Positions 50,196 to 60,392 of a DNA stretch of 64,000 nucleotides are shown here, piece after piece. The notes beneath the pieces were generated by a model. It searched no databases, was not told the origin of the DNA, and saw only the letters and a program-made list of their open reading frames with translations. Source of the DNA: an uncultured Holophagales bacterium (lineage in GTDB: Bacteria; Acidobacteriota; Thermoanaerobaculia; Multivoradales; UBA5704); the NCBI GenBank assembly GCA_963842525.1, contig CAWJGT010000019.1, positions 1 through 64,000 on the forward strand. The letters are read 5' to 3'. The position numbers and the translations under genes were made by a program. Numbering within the stretch: position 1 is the stretch's first letter; every line of letters begins with the position of its first letter.

Positions 50196-51965
50196 ATGTC
50201 CCCTTCGAACGAACGGCCCTTTCAGCTCCTCGACCCTCTCGCCCGTGCGGCCGTTCCGCTGGCCGCCTGGGCGGCGATGGTCGCGTATGCGGTCCGCGAG
50301 GCGGACCCGACCGCCCTTGCCGAGGGGCGCTACCTGGCGCTGTTGGCGGCCGCGGCGCTGCTTGCGGTGGCCGCCCTGGCGCCGGCTCCGGCCTGGGAGG
50401 CGGGCCTCGGAGCCGTCCTGGCGGTGACGGCCGTCTGGGCGCTCCCGGCCGGCCCGGGGCGGGGAGCCGCTCTCGTGCTGTTGCTCGCGGCCGTCCTGGC
50501 GGTGGCCGCGGTGCGGCGGCTCGCGCGAGACCTCCCCGGGTTGTCTTTCGAGGCCGCGATCCCGCTCGCCCTCGGCGCCCAGCTCCTGCTGCGCGGCGAG
50601 CTCCTTCTGGCGCCGGCATTGAGCCCGCGCACCCTGGTCGCCCTGCTCGTGCTCCCTCTTGCCGGCGCGGCGGCGATGGCGGTCCTGGCGCAACGGCACG
50701 GAGCCGCCAGGACGCTGATCGCCACGGGCACCGCGCTCCTCCTCGCGCCGGGCTGGAACGTGGCCGCGACGCTCGCCCTGCTGGCGCTGGCCGCCGGGGA
50801 CCTGCTGGGGCGGTCCGCGCTCGGGAAGCCGGTCCGGGGGGCGGCGCTTCTGGTCCTCCTGGCGCCGATCGCCTGGCAACCCGGCCCGGGCCTGGCCGCC
50901 GCCGCAGCAGGGCTCGCGCTCGCCTGGCCGCGGCTCGCCCTGGCCTTGAGCGTGCCTCTGGCCGCGGGACTCTGGCTCGCCTGGCCGCAGCCGGTCGATC
51001 TGAGGATTCAGCAGGTCCTCTGGCTGCCCCTGCTGTTGCCGGCCGTGCTGCTCCCGGGCCGGGACCGCGTCTGGATCGTGCCGACGGCGGTGCTGCTCGC
51101 CGCGGCCACGCCTCCGATCCCCGACATGTCGCCCCTGGCCGCGGCGCTGGCGCTCGCGGCCCTGGCGCAACGGCCGGAGGGGCCCGCGGTCGTCGCGCAG
51201 CGGGTCTGGACCGGATCGCTCCTCTTCGGGGTGTTTCTCCTCTCCTCGTACCCTTGGCTGCGCGACGAGCCGCTGCCGGCGGTGCTCGGGCTTCTCGGTC
51301 TGGAGCCGGGGGTGGTGGCGGCTGCTGTGGTGATGGGGGGCTGGCTGGTGATCGCGGCCCTCGCCCTTCGCCCAGGGTTTACACCCTGGGCTACCCAATG
51401 GCGCCCTCCGGGCTCAACACCAGAGCAGGGTAGCTCCGGGTGTGAACCCGGGGCGCGGCTGGGCGCCGCGGTTGCGGGATTTGCGATTTTCCTCGCCCTC
51501 CTCCTCCACATCCCCCCCGCCACCAAACCGCTCCTGCCGTTCGGCAGCGCGGTGCTCGACGCGGCCCATCCGGCCTGGGAGGTCCCGCTCGCCGGTGAGG
51601 CCGGCGAGGTCGGCGCCGTCGTCCTGGAGTCGAGCCTGTCCAACGGGGCGGCCCTGGCCGCGGGGACGCCGGTTGCCGTGGCCCGCCTGCGCGGAGCGGA
51701 CGGCATGGACCGGGTGTGGATGGTGCGGGCCGGGATGGAGACGGGCGAATGGGCCGCGCGGCGGCCGGACGTCGAACGGACGAGCCGGCTGCGGTCTCCC
51801 GCGGGGTGGGTCTCGTTCGTGGCGGGCGACTTCTTCGGCCAGCGCTACCGGGCCTGGTGGCGGCTCGGCGAGCCCGGCCGGTTCGCACGGCTGCGGATCG
51901 AGCGGAGCCCCGGCCTGCCGGCCGACCTCGTCCTGGCCCTCCACCAGGTGGAGGTCCGGCCGTGA
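50196..51965 (+). CDS. Polytopic membrane protein with soluble C-terminal domain
   Basis: Many Ala/Leu-rich TM segments. First gene of the coupled glycosylation cluster. Confidence 0.75.
   Translation: MSPSNERPFQLLDPLARAAVPLAAWAAMVAYAVREADPTALAEGRYLALLAAAALLAVAALAPAPAWEAGLGAVLAVTAVWALPAGPGRGAALVLLLAAVLAVAAVRRLARDLPGLSFEAAIPLALGAQLLLRGELLLAPALSPRTLVALLVLPLAGAAAMAVLAQRHGAARTLIATGTALLLAPGWNVAATLALLALAAGDLLGRSALGKPVRGAALLVLLAPIAWQPGPGLAAAAAGLALAWPRLALALSVPLAAGLWLAWPQPVDLRIQQVLWLPLLLPAVLLPGRDRVWIVPTAVLLAAATPPIPDMSPLAAALALAALAQRPEGPAVVAQRVWTGSLLFGVFLLSSYPWLRDEPLPAVLGLLGLEPGVVAAAVVMGGWLVIAALALRPGFTPWATQWRPPGSTPEQGSSGCEPGARLGAAVAGFAIFLALLLHIPPATKPLLPFGSAVLDAAHPAWEVPLAGEAGEVGAVVLESSLSNGAALAAGTPVAVARLRGADGMDRVWMVRAGMETGEWAARRPDVERTSRLRSPAGWVSFVAGDFFGQRYRAWWRLGEPGRFARLRIERSPGLPADLVLALHQVEVRP
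51370..51454. repeat. REP-like inverted repeat located in frame within a CDS
   Basis: gcccagggtttacaccctgggctaccc / gggtagctccgggtgtgaacccggggc, the same family as 10575-10632. Confidence 0.85.
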
Positions 51966-51970
51966 GGTCC

Positions 51971-54202
51971 ATGGGCGGAACGCGCGCCGTGCTGGAAACC
52001 GGCCCGGTCTTCGCCACCGCGGCGGTGGCCATGGCGCTTGCCGCGCGCTGGCTGCCGCTGCCGCCGGATGACCCGTTCCGCGGCACCCTCGTGGCCCTGC
52101 CGCTGATCCTTGCGGGTCTGCACGAGATCCGCCGTTGGGCGGAGTGGAAAGGCGGAAGGCCGCTCTCCCCGGGCGGCACGGCGGGCGAGCTTGTCGCCCT
52201 CGGCCTGCTGGTCCTGCTCGTGCTCGCCCGCCCGCACCTGCGGCTGACCGGGGCGGACGAGGTCGTGGCGGCCGGCCTGCTGCTGGTGCTCGCCCACCGG
52301 ATCGCACGCCAGGTCCGCGCCCTGCGCCCGCTCCTGGGCACGCGCATCCCCCGGCGCCCGTCCTGCCTCTTCTTCTTCCTGCCGCTGGTGGTCTACCTGG
52401 CGATCCTCCCGTGGTCGGCCCGCCACCGGCAGCCGGACGGGGACGAGCCCTACTACCTGCTGATCACTCACAGCCTGGCCTACGACTTCGACGCCGAGCT
52501 GACGAACAACTACGCCCGGCAGGACTGGCGCCGCTTCATGGACCGCCGGATCGAGCCGCAGCCGGGCGACCCGGTGGGGCCGCGCGGCGAGCTCTACTCC
52601 CGCCACAACGAGCTGCTGCCGCTCGTGCTGGTCCCGGCCTATCGCCTGGGCGGCAAGCTCGGAGCCCTCGCGGTGATGGCGGCGCTCACCGCGGCGCTCG
52701 CCTGGATGACCTTGCGCCTGGCGCGGCACTATGTCGCGGACCGCCCGGGCGAGGTCCTGGCGGCCTGGGCGCTGACGGCGTTCCTGCCGCCGCTCCTCCT
52801 CTACTCCTACCAGGTGTGGGTGGAGGTGCCGGCGGCGCTGCTGCTGGCCGCGGCCCTGGACCGCATCCTCGACCTCGACGGCGAGCGCCACTGGAGCTGG
52901 AAGGAATGGATGGGGATCGGCCTCTCGGTCCTCCTCCTGCCGCTGTTGAAGATCCGCCTCCTCCTGCTGGCCGGCCCTCTGCTTGCGCTGGGATGGTGGC
53001 ATGCCGGCCGGCCGCGGCGGCCGGTGATGATCCTCGGCGGGCTGCTCGCCCTGGTGGCGGCCGGTATCCTGCTCCACAACCAGCTCCTCTATTCGAACCC
53101 GCTCAAGATCCACACCTGGGAGGAGGTCGACCCGCACCGCTACGCGCTGGATTCCTACCTCAAGGGCGGGCTCGGGCTTTTCTGGGATGCGGCGTTCGGC
53201 CTGTTCGCCTGCGCGCCGGTCTGGCTCCTGCTGGTCCCGGCCACTCTCCTGCTCCTGCTCCGCGGCCGGCGGCTCCTGGCGCATCTGGTGGTGCTGACGT
53301 TCCCCTACCTGGTGATCGTCGCGCCGCGGATGGAGTGGTACGGCGGGTGGTCTCCCCCGTTCCGCTATGCCCTGGTCGCCCTGCCGCTGCTCGGCCTGGC
53401 GCTGGTGCCGCTGCTGGTGCGCCGCGACCGGCCGGGTGCCCGCGCCCTGCTCGCCGGGCTCGGCGTGCTGACGCTGGTGTTGACGCTCGTCTGGGTCACG
53501 CTTCCCGGGTGGACGTACAACTTCGCGAACGGCCGGACCTACGTGCTCGACCGCCTCGACGAGCGGCTGAGCCTCGACCTGGCGCGCTTCTTCCCCAGCT
53601 CGGTCCGCCCGCGGACCGCCACATGGGTCTGGCCGCCGGTGACGCTGGTCCTGCTGCCCCTCGTCTGGTGGCTGCCGGGAAGAAAGAGAACGGGATCAGG
53701 CTCACTCTCTCCCGGTACATGGGAGAGGGCCGGCATCGCCGTCGTGCTGCTGGCCGCGGCGGTGCTGCCGGTCGCCGCCGCGCGCCTGCCCACCCGGACC
53801 GTCGAGCTGGAGGACCCGCAGGTGTGGAAGAGCGGCGGCCATCTCCACCCCGACCTCTGGGTGATCGAGCGGACGCGCTACCGCGGCGGCTGGGTGCTGC
53901 GGGTGAGCGAGGCGCTGCGGGCGCCCGTCACGCCCGGGGGACGGCGGGCGCGGGTCACCCTGCACGCCCAGTTCATCCGCAACCAGCCGGTCCCCTACCA
54001 CCTCGACCTGCTGGCCGGCCCCCGCAAGCTCGCCACCTGGAGCCCGGTCCGGCCGCGGGTCTGGCAGGAGGTCTCCTTCGGACCGTTCGACTGGCCGGGC
54101 TCGGCGCCGCTGGTCCTCTACGGCCACGGGCCGCACCTGCCCGGGGACACGGACCTCAACGGCGTGATCCTGGATCGGGTCGAGATCGAATGGCTGGACT
54201 GA
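51971..54202 (+). CDS. GT-C-fold membrane glycosyltransferase-like protein
   Basis: DGDEPYYLLITHSL motif, GLF..APV, WYGGWSPPFRY and many TM helices. Confidence 0.8.
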   Translation: MGGTRAVLETGPVFATAAVAMALAARWLPLPPDDPFRGTLVALPLILAGLHEIRRWAEWKGGRPLSPGGTAGELVALGLLVLLVLARPHLRLTGADEVVAAGLLLVLAHRIARQVRALRPLLGTRIPRRPSCLFFFLPLVVYLAILPWSARHRQPDGDEPYYLLITHSLAYDFDAELTNNYARQDWRRFMDRRIEPQPGDPVGPRGELYSRHNELLPLVLVPAYRLGGKLGALAVMAALTAALAWMTLRLARHYVADRPGEVLAAWALTAFLPPLLLYSYQVWVEVPAALLLAAALDRILDLDGERHWSWKEWMGIGLSVLLLPLLKIRLLLLAGPLLALGWWHAGRPRRPVMILGGLLALVAAGILLHNQLLYSNPLKIHTWEEVDPHRYALDSYLKGGLGLFWDAAFGLFACAPVWLLLVPATLLLLLRGRRLLAHLVVLTFPYLVIVAPRMEWYGGWSPPFRYALVALPLLGLALVPLLVRRDRPGARALLAGLGVLTLVLTLVWVTLPGWTYNFANGRTYVLDRLDERLSLDLARFFPSSVRPRTATWVWPPVTLVLLPLVWWLPGRKRTGSGSLSPGTWERAGIAVVLLAAAVLPVAAARLPTRTVELEDPQVWKSGGHLHPDLWVIERTRYRGGWVLRVSEALRAPVTPGGRRARVTLHAQFIRNQPVPYHLDLLAGPRKLATWSPVRPRVWQEVSFGPFDWPGSAPLVLYGHGPHLPGDTDLNGVILDRVEIEWLD

Positions 54203-55104
54203 CCGCGGTCGTCCCCACGCTGGGCCGGAGCCCGCTGCTGCTCCCCTGCCTGGAGGCCCTGCGGAAGGACGGCGGCGCCGGGCTGGAGCTGTTGGTGGTG
54301 GACCAGGGGGAGAGCCCGGCCGAGCTGCCACCAGGGCTCGCCGACCGCGTCCTGCGGCCGGGCCGCAACCTCGGCTTCGCCGCGGGGACGAACCTGGGGA
54401 TCGCCGAGGCCGCGGGCGAGCTGATCGCGACGGTCAACGACGACGTGCTCGTCGAGCCCGGATGGCTCTCCCGCCTCGCCCCGGCGCTCGCTGCCGATCC
54501 GCGCGCCGCCGCGGCGCAGGGGGTGAACCTGCTCCTCGACGACCCCGAGAGGGCCGACGGCTGCGGCCTTGCCTGGAACCGCTGGTGGCAGGCCGTCCAG
54601 GTCGGCCACGGCGAGCCGGCGCCGCCGGGGCCGGACGGAAAGCCGCGGGAGGTCTTCGGCGTCTCGGCGACGGCAGCGCTCTTCCGGCGCGAGGCCCTGC
54701 TGGCGGTGTCGCAATCGGGGCAGGCCTTCGATCCCCGGCTGGTCTCCTATTACGAGGACGTCGAGCTTGCAGGCCGCCTGCGCGGCGCCGGATACAAGGC
54801 CCTGCTGGTGCCGGCGGCACGGGCGCGGCACGCCGGGTCGGCGACCGGGAAGACGATAGGCCGCGAGCGCTGGCGGCTGATCTACGGCAACCGCTATCTC
54901 GCTGCGGCAGATCTGCTGGGGTGGGGGTTCTGGCCGCGTCTGCCTTGGATGGCGGTCCGCGATGGGCTTGATCTTCTGAGAGGAGAGGGAGAGCAGATCG
55001 CCGGAATCCTGGCGGGGTGGGGGAGGGCGGTGCGGTGCCTCCCGGGCTTCGCCCGGTCGGGTCGGCCGCGGGTGCCGTTGGGCGAGATCGAGCGGTTCCG
55101 GTAA
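54190..55104 (+). CDS. Glycosyltransferase family 2
   Basis: VVPT, LVVDQG, NLGFAAGTN, VNDD and YYEDVEL. Confidence 0.9.
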   Translation: MAGLTAVVPTLGRSPLLLPCLEALRKDGGAGLELLVVDQGESPAELPPGLADRVLRPGRNLGFAAGTNLGIAEAAGELIATVNDDVLVEPGWLSRLAPALAADPRAAAAQGVNLLLDDPERADGCGLAWNRWWQAVQVGHGEPAPPGPDGKPREVFGVSATAALFRREALLAVSQSGQAFDPRLVSYYEDVELAGRLRGAGYKALLVPAARARHAGSATGKTIGRERWRLIYGNRYLAAADLLGWGFWPRLPWMAVRDGLDLLRGEGEQIAGILAGWGRAVRCLPGFARSGRPRVPLGEIERFR

Positions 55105-55140
55105 CCTGTGCCGGTGACCTCACCCCCTAGTCCCCTCTCC
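54970..55140 (+). repeat. 171-bp direct repeat, copy 1 (GT2 3' end plus half palindrome)
   Basis: Collinear with 56921-57091. Confidence 0.93.
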
Positions 55141-55239
55141 GCGCCGTGTTGTCAGCGGGCGCACAAGCCGGCCGTTGACCACGAAGAAGCGGCTTAAGAT
55201 TTGGCTTCCAATAGAAAGCGCGGGCCTTCCTCTTTCTTG

Positions 55240-56667
55240 TCAGTTGCTGTTCGCGGCGACTTGCTCGACCGCCGTCTTCATCGCCTGAAGATCTGACGCA
55301 GCCAGCCAGCGCCCGTTCACCATCACGCCCGCGATGGCCCGCGTCGCGGCGATGTTGCGGGAGGGGTCGGCCGAAAGCAGGAGGAGATCCGCCCGCTTTC
55401 CCGCCTCGATGGTCCCGCGCAGCTTCTCTTGGCCCATGAGCCGCGCGGCGTCCCGAGTCGCGGCGATCAACGCCTCCATCGGCGTCAAGCCGGCCTCGAC
55501 CAGGTTGGCCAGCTCCTCGTGGAGAGAGAGCCCGGGAAAGACGAACGGATTGGGCGTGTCGGTCCCGGCGGCCAGCTTCACGCCCGCCCGATGAAACGCC
55601 CCGACCAGCGCGCGGCGCGTGGCGCGACCCTGCTCCACCTGCTGCCAGTCGGACGGGGTGAGGCCGCGGCGGCCGCGCTCGCTGACGCCTTTCCAGTAGC
55701 TCACGATGCCGCGGTCGACCGCTCGGATCTCCGGACCCGAGAGCCACCGATCGACCGTGGCATCGGGCGCCAGTGCCCGGTCGTTATTCACGACGGTGGG
55801 CACCGACCAGACACCCGACTGGACGATCTCCGTCGCGAGGCGCTCCATCTTCGCGGGGTCGGCCGGTATGGCGAGACGGCGCTTCGACCAGTGCGTGGCC
55901 TGTCCGCGCAGCGGGGAGTCGTTGCGCTCGATCGCATCCGCATAGTCGCCCTGGTGCTCGATGGACGTGATTCCGCTGGTGAGGATCTGGGACAGGCCGA
56001 CGGCCCGGGGAATGTGCCCCGCGAACGGCAAGCGGCGTTCGCGGGCTGCCGTCACGATGGCCGAGAACGCCTCCTGGGAGAGATTCGTGTAGATCTTGAT
56101 GAAGTCGTAGCCGGCATCCGCCTGGGCATTCACCGCGTTCCGGGCCTCTTGCGCGTTCCTGACGACCGTGTTGTCGGGCCGCGCGGGCGGATCGCCGTCC
56201 AGCACCGGACCGGCCGTGTAGATGGCCGGCGAGGGCAGGGCGCCGCTCTCGGCCTGACGCCTCCAGTCCAGGATGTATGGCCGGCCGTCCATGCTCCGGA
56301 CGGAGGTCACGCCGTAGACCAGGAAGAGTTGCAAGTAGGCGGGCGTCTCGAAATGTTCGAGATGGACGTGCGTGTCGGAAAGACCGGGAACGAGGTAATG
56401 GCCGCGCCCATCGATCGATCGCGCGCCCTTGGGGACCGACGCGCCCGAGCGCGGGCCCACCGCCTCGATCCGGCCGCCCCGGACCACGACCGTCTGGTCG
56501 CGAAGGACGACGGGACGGTCCATCGGCAACAGATCGACGCCGACGAATGCGAACGCGTCCCCCGCGGCGGCTTCCCCTTGACCCTGTCCAGCCGCTCGAA
56601 GCAGCAGCAAGCCGATAACGCAGGAAAGCAACACGGCGAAACCGCGAGGAATCGCTCTGATAGCCAT
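55240..56667 (-). CDS. Secreted amidohydrolase-family protein (inserted, antisense to the operon)
   Basis: PGLSDTHVH, GYDFIKIY, GH, SIEH, AGTD and GTIEAGKRADLLLL. Confidence 0.92.
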   Translation of the reverse strand: MAIRAIPRGFAVLLSCVIGLLLLRAAGQGQGEAAAGDAFAFVGVDLLPMDRPVVLRDQTVVVRGGRIEAVGPRSGASVPKGARSIDGRGHYLVPGLSDTHVHLEHFETPAYLQLFLVYGVTSVRSMDGRPYILDWRRQAESGALPSPAIYTAGPVLDGDPPARPDNTVVRNAQEARNAVNAQADAGYDFIKIYTNLSQEAFSAIVTAARERRLPFAGHIPRAVGLSQILTSGITSIEHQGDYADAIERNDSPLRGQATHWSKRRLAIPADPAKMERLATEIVQSGVWSVPTVVNNDRALAPDATVDRWLSGPEIRAVDRGIVSYWKGVSERGRRGLTPSDWQQVEQGRATRRALVGAFHRAGVKLAAGTDTPNPFVFPGLSLHEELANLVEAGLTPMEALIAATRDAARLMGQEKLRGTIEAGKRADLLLLSADPSRNIAATRAIAGVMVNGRWLAASDLQAMKTAVEQVAANSN

Positions 56668-56801
56668 TTGTCTCCTGGCGCCAAAGCTCACCTGCCGCGG
56701 CGGCAGATGAAGGTTGGAACCAGAATAACACGCAACGCCGCGCGGTCAGGCGTAGCGTTTTCGCCGCTGGCAACCTTCGCAGCTTTCCGGCCGACCGCTG
56801 A

Positions 56802-57091
56802 CGTGGTCGGCCCGCCACCGGCAGCCGGACGGGGACGAGCCTTACTACTCCCGCCACAACGAGCTGCTGCCGCTCGTGCTGGTCCCGGCCTATCGCCTGG
56901 GCGACAAGCTCGGAGCCCTCGATCTGCTGAAAGGAGAGGGAGAGCAGATCGCCGGAATCCTGGCGGGGTGGGGGAGGGCGGCGCGGTGCCTCCCGGGCTT
57001 CGCCCGGTCGGGTGGGCCGCGGGTGCCGTTGGGCGAGATCGAGCGGTTCCGGTAACCTGTGCCGGTGACCTCACCCCCTAGCCCCCTCTCC
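56802..57091 (+). pseudogene. Patchwork of three upstream host segments
   Basis: 56802-56848 = 52410-52456; 56845-56921 = 52594-52670; 56921-57091 = 54970-55140. Confidence 0.92.
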
Positions 57092-58194
57092 CATCTCCCG
57101 CCCGCCCAACCCCGGGAGAGGGGGAACGCGGGCACCTTCGATCAGCCCGGCAGGGAGGGTGGGCCTGGGAGCGCCGGCGCTCCCAGGATTCCCTCCGGCG
57201 CAGAGTTAGACCGCGCGCAGGGGGCCAGAGCTACGTCCCCCCTCTCCCATCGCCCCCCCTTCCCCCGGGAGAGGGGGGAGGGGGTGAGGTCTCCGGCATC
57301 GTCGTCCACTGGCACAACGAAGACCTGCTCGCCGAGCTGACCGCGGCGTGGCCCCGGGACCCGCGCTTCGAGCTGATCGTGGTGGACAACGGCTCGTCCG
57401 CGCCGCTCCGGCTCGGTCCGGCGCGGCTCGTCCGGCCCGGCCGGAACCTGGGCTTCGCCGGCGGGGCCAATGCGGGCATTGCGGCGGCCGGGGCTCCCAT
57501 CCTTCTGATCCTCAATCCCGATGCGATCCCGGAGGAGGGCGCGCTCGACCGGCTGGTCGAGGGTTTTGCGGCTTTTCCCGACGCCGCGGGCCTGGCGCCG
57601 CGGCTGACGGGGCCGGACGGCGAGCCCCAGCACGGCTGGCAGCTCCGGCGCATTCCGTCGGTGGGGCGGCTCCTGCTTCACACACTCCCCCTGGGCGGCG
57701 GGCCGGACGTCCGCGAGGAGCCGGCCGCGGGCTCCGCGGTCGAGCAGCCGGCGGCGGCGGCTCTGGCTCTGCGGCGCGAGGCGGTCCAGGCGGTAGGGGG
57801 CTTCGACGAAAGCTTCCATCCGGCCTGGTTCGAGGACGTGGACCTTGCCCGGCGGCTGCGGGACAAGGGCCTCGTGCTGCGCTACTGGCCGCGGGCCCGG
57901 TTTCGCCACGCGCTGGGGAGCACGGTGCCGCGCCTCGGCTATGGCCCGTTCCTCTGGATCTACTACCGAAACCTCACCCGGTACCTCGCCAAGCACCACG
58001 GCCAGGCCTGGGCCCTGGCGGCGCGTTTACTGCTCCTGCCGGGAATCCTGATCCGGCTCGTGCTCCTGCCACTGCGGCGCCCGCGGCGGGCGGCCTCCAG
58101 GGCCGAGGCCTTCCGCGGCCTCCTGGCGGTGCTGGCCGGTGCAGTGAGCGGCTGGCACCGGCCGCGCCGGTTCGGATCGGAGGCCGCCGCGTGA
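57059..58194 (+). CDS. Glycosyltransferase family 2; N-terminus apparently encoded by two palindromic repeats, with a probable homopolymer indel near 57250-57285
   Basis: EVSGIVVHWH...IVVDNG, NLGFAGGAN, LNPD and WFEDVD. Start uncertain. Confidence 0.8.
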
Positions 58195-59204
58195 CGGAAG
58201 GGGCGGGGGTGAGCGTCTGCATCGTCACCCACGATTCGGCCGCCGACCTGCCCGGCTGCCTGGAGGCGGTCGGCCGGCTCGTGCACCGGCCCCTCGAAAT
58301 CGTAGTGGTCGACTGCGCCAGCCAGGATGGCAGCCTGGAAGCCGCCCGCCGGAGCGCTCCGGAAGGGGTCCCCTTCCAGGCCATCGGACTGGCCGAGAAT
58401 GAAGGGTTCGCCGGCGGCATGAACCGGGCGCTGGGGATCGCCAGGCTCCCGTTCGTCCTCACCCTGAACGCCGATGCCCGTCCCGCACCCGACTACGTCA
58501 CGCTCCTGCTGGCCCGGGCGGACGCAGATCCAAAGCTGCGGGTGGGTGCGGTCGCCGGCCGGCTGGTGCGTCCGGCCGATCCGACAGAGAAAACGGACGG
58601 GCTGCGCCGGCTGGATGCCTGCGGTATGCGGCTGACGCGCACGTGGCGGCACCTCGACCGTGGGTCCGGCGAGCCGGATCGGGGCCAGTTGAGTGCTCCC
58701 GAGCGGGTCTTCGGCGCCACGGGGGCCGCCTCGCTGTTCCGCCGCGCGGCGCTGGACGACGCGGCCGTGGACGGAGCGGCCTTCGATCCCCGGTTCCATT
58801 CGTTCCGTGAGGACGCGGAGCTCTGCTTCCGCCTCCGCGAGCGCGGCTGGGAGGTGCTCTACGAGCCGGCCGCGGTCGCCGAGCACCGCCGCTGGAACCT
58901 GCCCGAGCGGCGGTCGGCCATGCCGGCGATGGTCAACTACCACTCGCTCAAGAACCGCTATCTGCTCCGGCTCTACCACCAGACCGCGGGCAACTTCGTC
59001 CGCACGTTGTTCCCGGCTCTGATCCGGGACCTCCTGGCGCTGGGCTACGTCCTGCTGCGCGAGCCCTCGTCGCTCGCCGCCTATGCATGGCTGTGGCGGC
59101 ACCGGGCCGAGATCCTGGACCGGCGGCGGGCGATCCAGGGGCGGCGCACGGTCGCAGCGAGGGACATCGACCGGTGGTTCTTCACCGAGGGGATACCGCT
59201 GTGA
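58191..59204 (+). CDS. Glycosyltransferase family 2
   Basis: VSVCIVTH, VVDCAS, NEGFAGGMN, LNAD, FREDAEL and KNRY. Confidence 0.9.
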   Translation: MTEGAGVSVCIVTHDSAADLPGCLEAVGRLVHRPLEIVVVDCASQDGSLEAARRSAPEGVPFQAIGLAENEGFAGGMNRALGIARLPFVLTLNADARPAPDYVTLLLARADADPKLRVGAVAGRLVRPADPTEKTDGLRRLDACGMRLTRTWRHLDRGSGEPDRGQLSAPERVFGATGAASLFRRAALDDAAVDGAAFDPRFHSFREDAELCFRLRERGWEVLYEPAAVAEHRRWNLPERRSAMPAMVNYHSLKNRYLLRLYHQTAGNFVRTLFPALIRDLLALGYVLLREPSSLAAYAWLWRHRAEILDRRRAIQGRRTVAARDIDRWFFTEGIPL

Positions 59205-60323
59205 AGCCCCTCAACGTGGCCCTGCTCGGCAGCCGCGGCATCCCCGGCCGCTATGGCGGCTACGAGACGCTGATGGAGGAGCTGGCGGTCCGGCTGGTGG
59301 ACCGCGGCTTCCGGGTGACTGTCTACTGCCGGTCGCACTCGACGCCTTCGTCCCTGACCTCCTGGCGCGGCGCCCGTCTCGTCGTGCTGCCCACAGTGCG
59401 CACCAAGTACCTGGACACGCCGGTCCATACGTTCCTCTCCACCCTGCATGCGGCGCGCGAGCCGTTCGACGCCGCGCTGGTCGTCAACTCGGCCAATGCC
59501 CTGTTCGTGCCGCTGCTCCAGGCGAGCGGCGTGCCTGTGGCTCTGCACGTGGACGGCATCGAGAAGCGCCGCGCCAAATGGGGTCCGGCCGGCCGGGCGG
59601 TCTATGCGCTTTCCGAGCGTCTCGCCTGCGTGCTGCCCGACGCGCTCGTCACCGACGCCGAGGTCATCCGCCGCCACTACCTCGACCGCTACGGGGTCGA
59701 CTCGACGCCGATCGCCTATGGCGTCGACCCGCGCCCGCCCCGGGAGACAGGGGTGCTGGAGCGGCTGGGGCTGCGCAGCCGCGGCTTCTTCCTCTACGTC
59801 AGCCGGTTCGAGCCGGAGAACAACCCGCACCGGGTGGCAGAGGCCTATCGGCAGGCCGGCGGCGACCTGCCGCTGGTGATGGTCGGTGGAGCGCCCTACG
59901 CCAGCCGTTTTATCGCTAGCTTCACGCAGGGCGCCGATCCCCGGATCCTCTTCCCGGGCCCGATCTATGGAGAGGGCTATCGCGAGCTGCTGTTGCACGC
60001 CTTCGCCTATGTGCACGCGACCGAGGTGGGAGGGACCCACCCTGCGCTCGTGGAGGCCATGGGCTACGGCAACTGCGTCGTGGTCAACGACACGCCCGAG
60101 AACCGCGAGGTGGCCGCGGAGGCCGGCCTCTGGTTCCGGGCGGCCGACCCTTCCTCGCTGGCCGAGCAGCTCGACCGCGTGCGGCGGGACCCTGAAGAGG
60201 CCGCGGAGCTGCGGCCGGACGGCGGCGCGGCGGGCAGCGCTCCACTATTCCTGGGACCGGGTGGCGGACCAATATGGCCGTCTTTTTGCATTAATTTCAG
60301 GACGAGAACACGAAGATGGATGA
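59201..60323 (+). CDS. Glycosyltransferase family 4 (DUF1972-type); indel near 60213
   Basis: GSRGIPGRYGGYET, HVDGIE..RAKW, SRFEPEN and EVGGTHPALVEAMG. The tail YSWDRVADQY is in the next frame. Confidence 0.9.
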
Positions 60324-60392
60324 AAGGGGCGGTTCGCCCGTACAATAAGCAACGTTGCGACGAGGCGGAATTTCGATCCTGCACACCTGTTC

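Noticed and set aside
55100-56810. Integron cassette (attC) around the amidohydrolase
   Set aside because: No convincing RYYYAAC...GTTRRRY hairpin and no intI gene.
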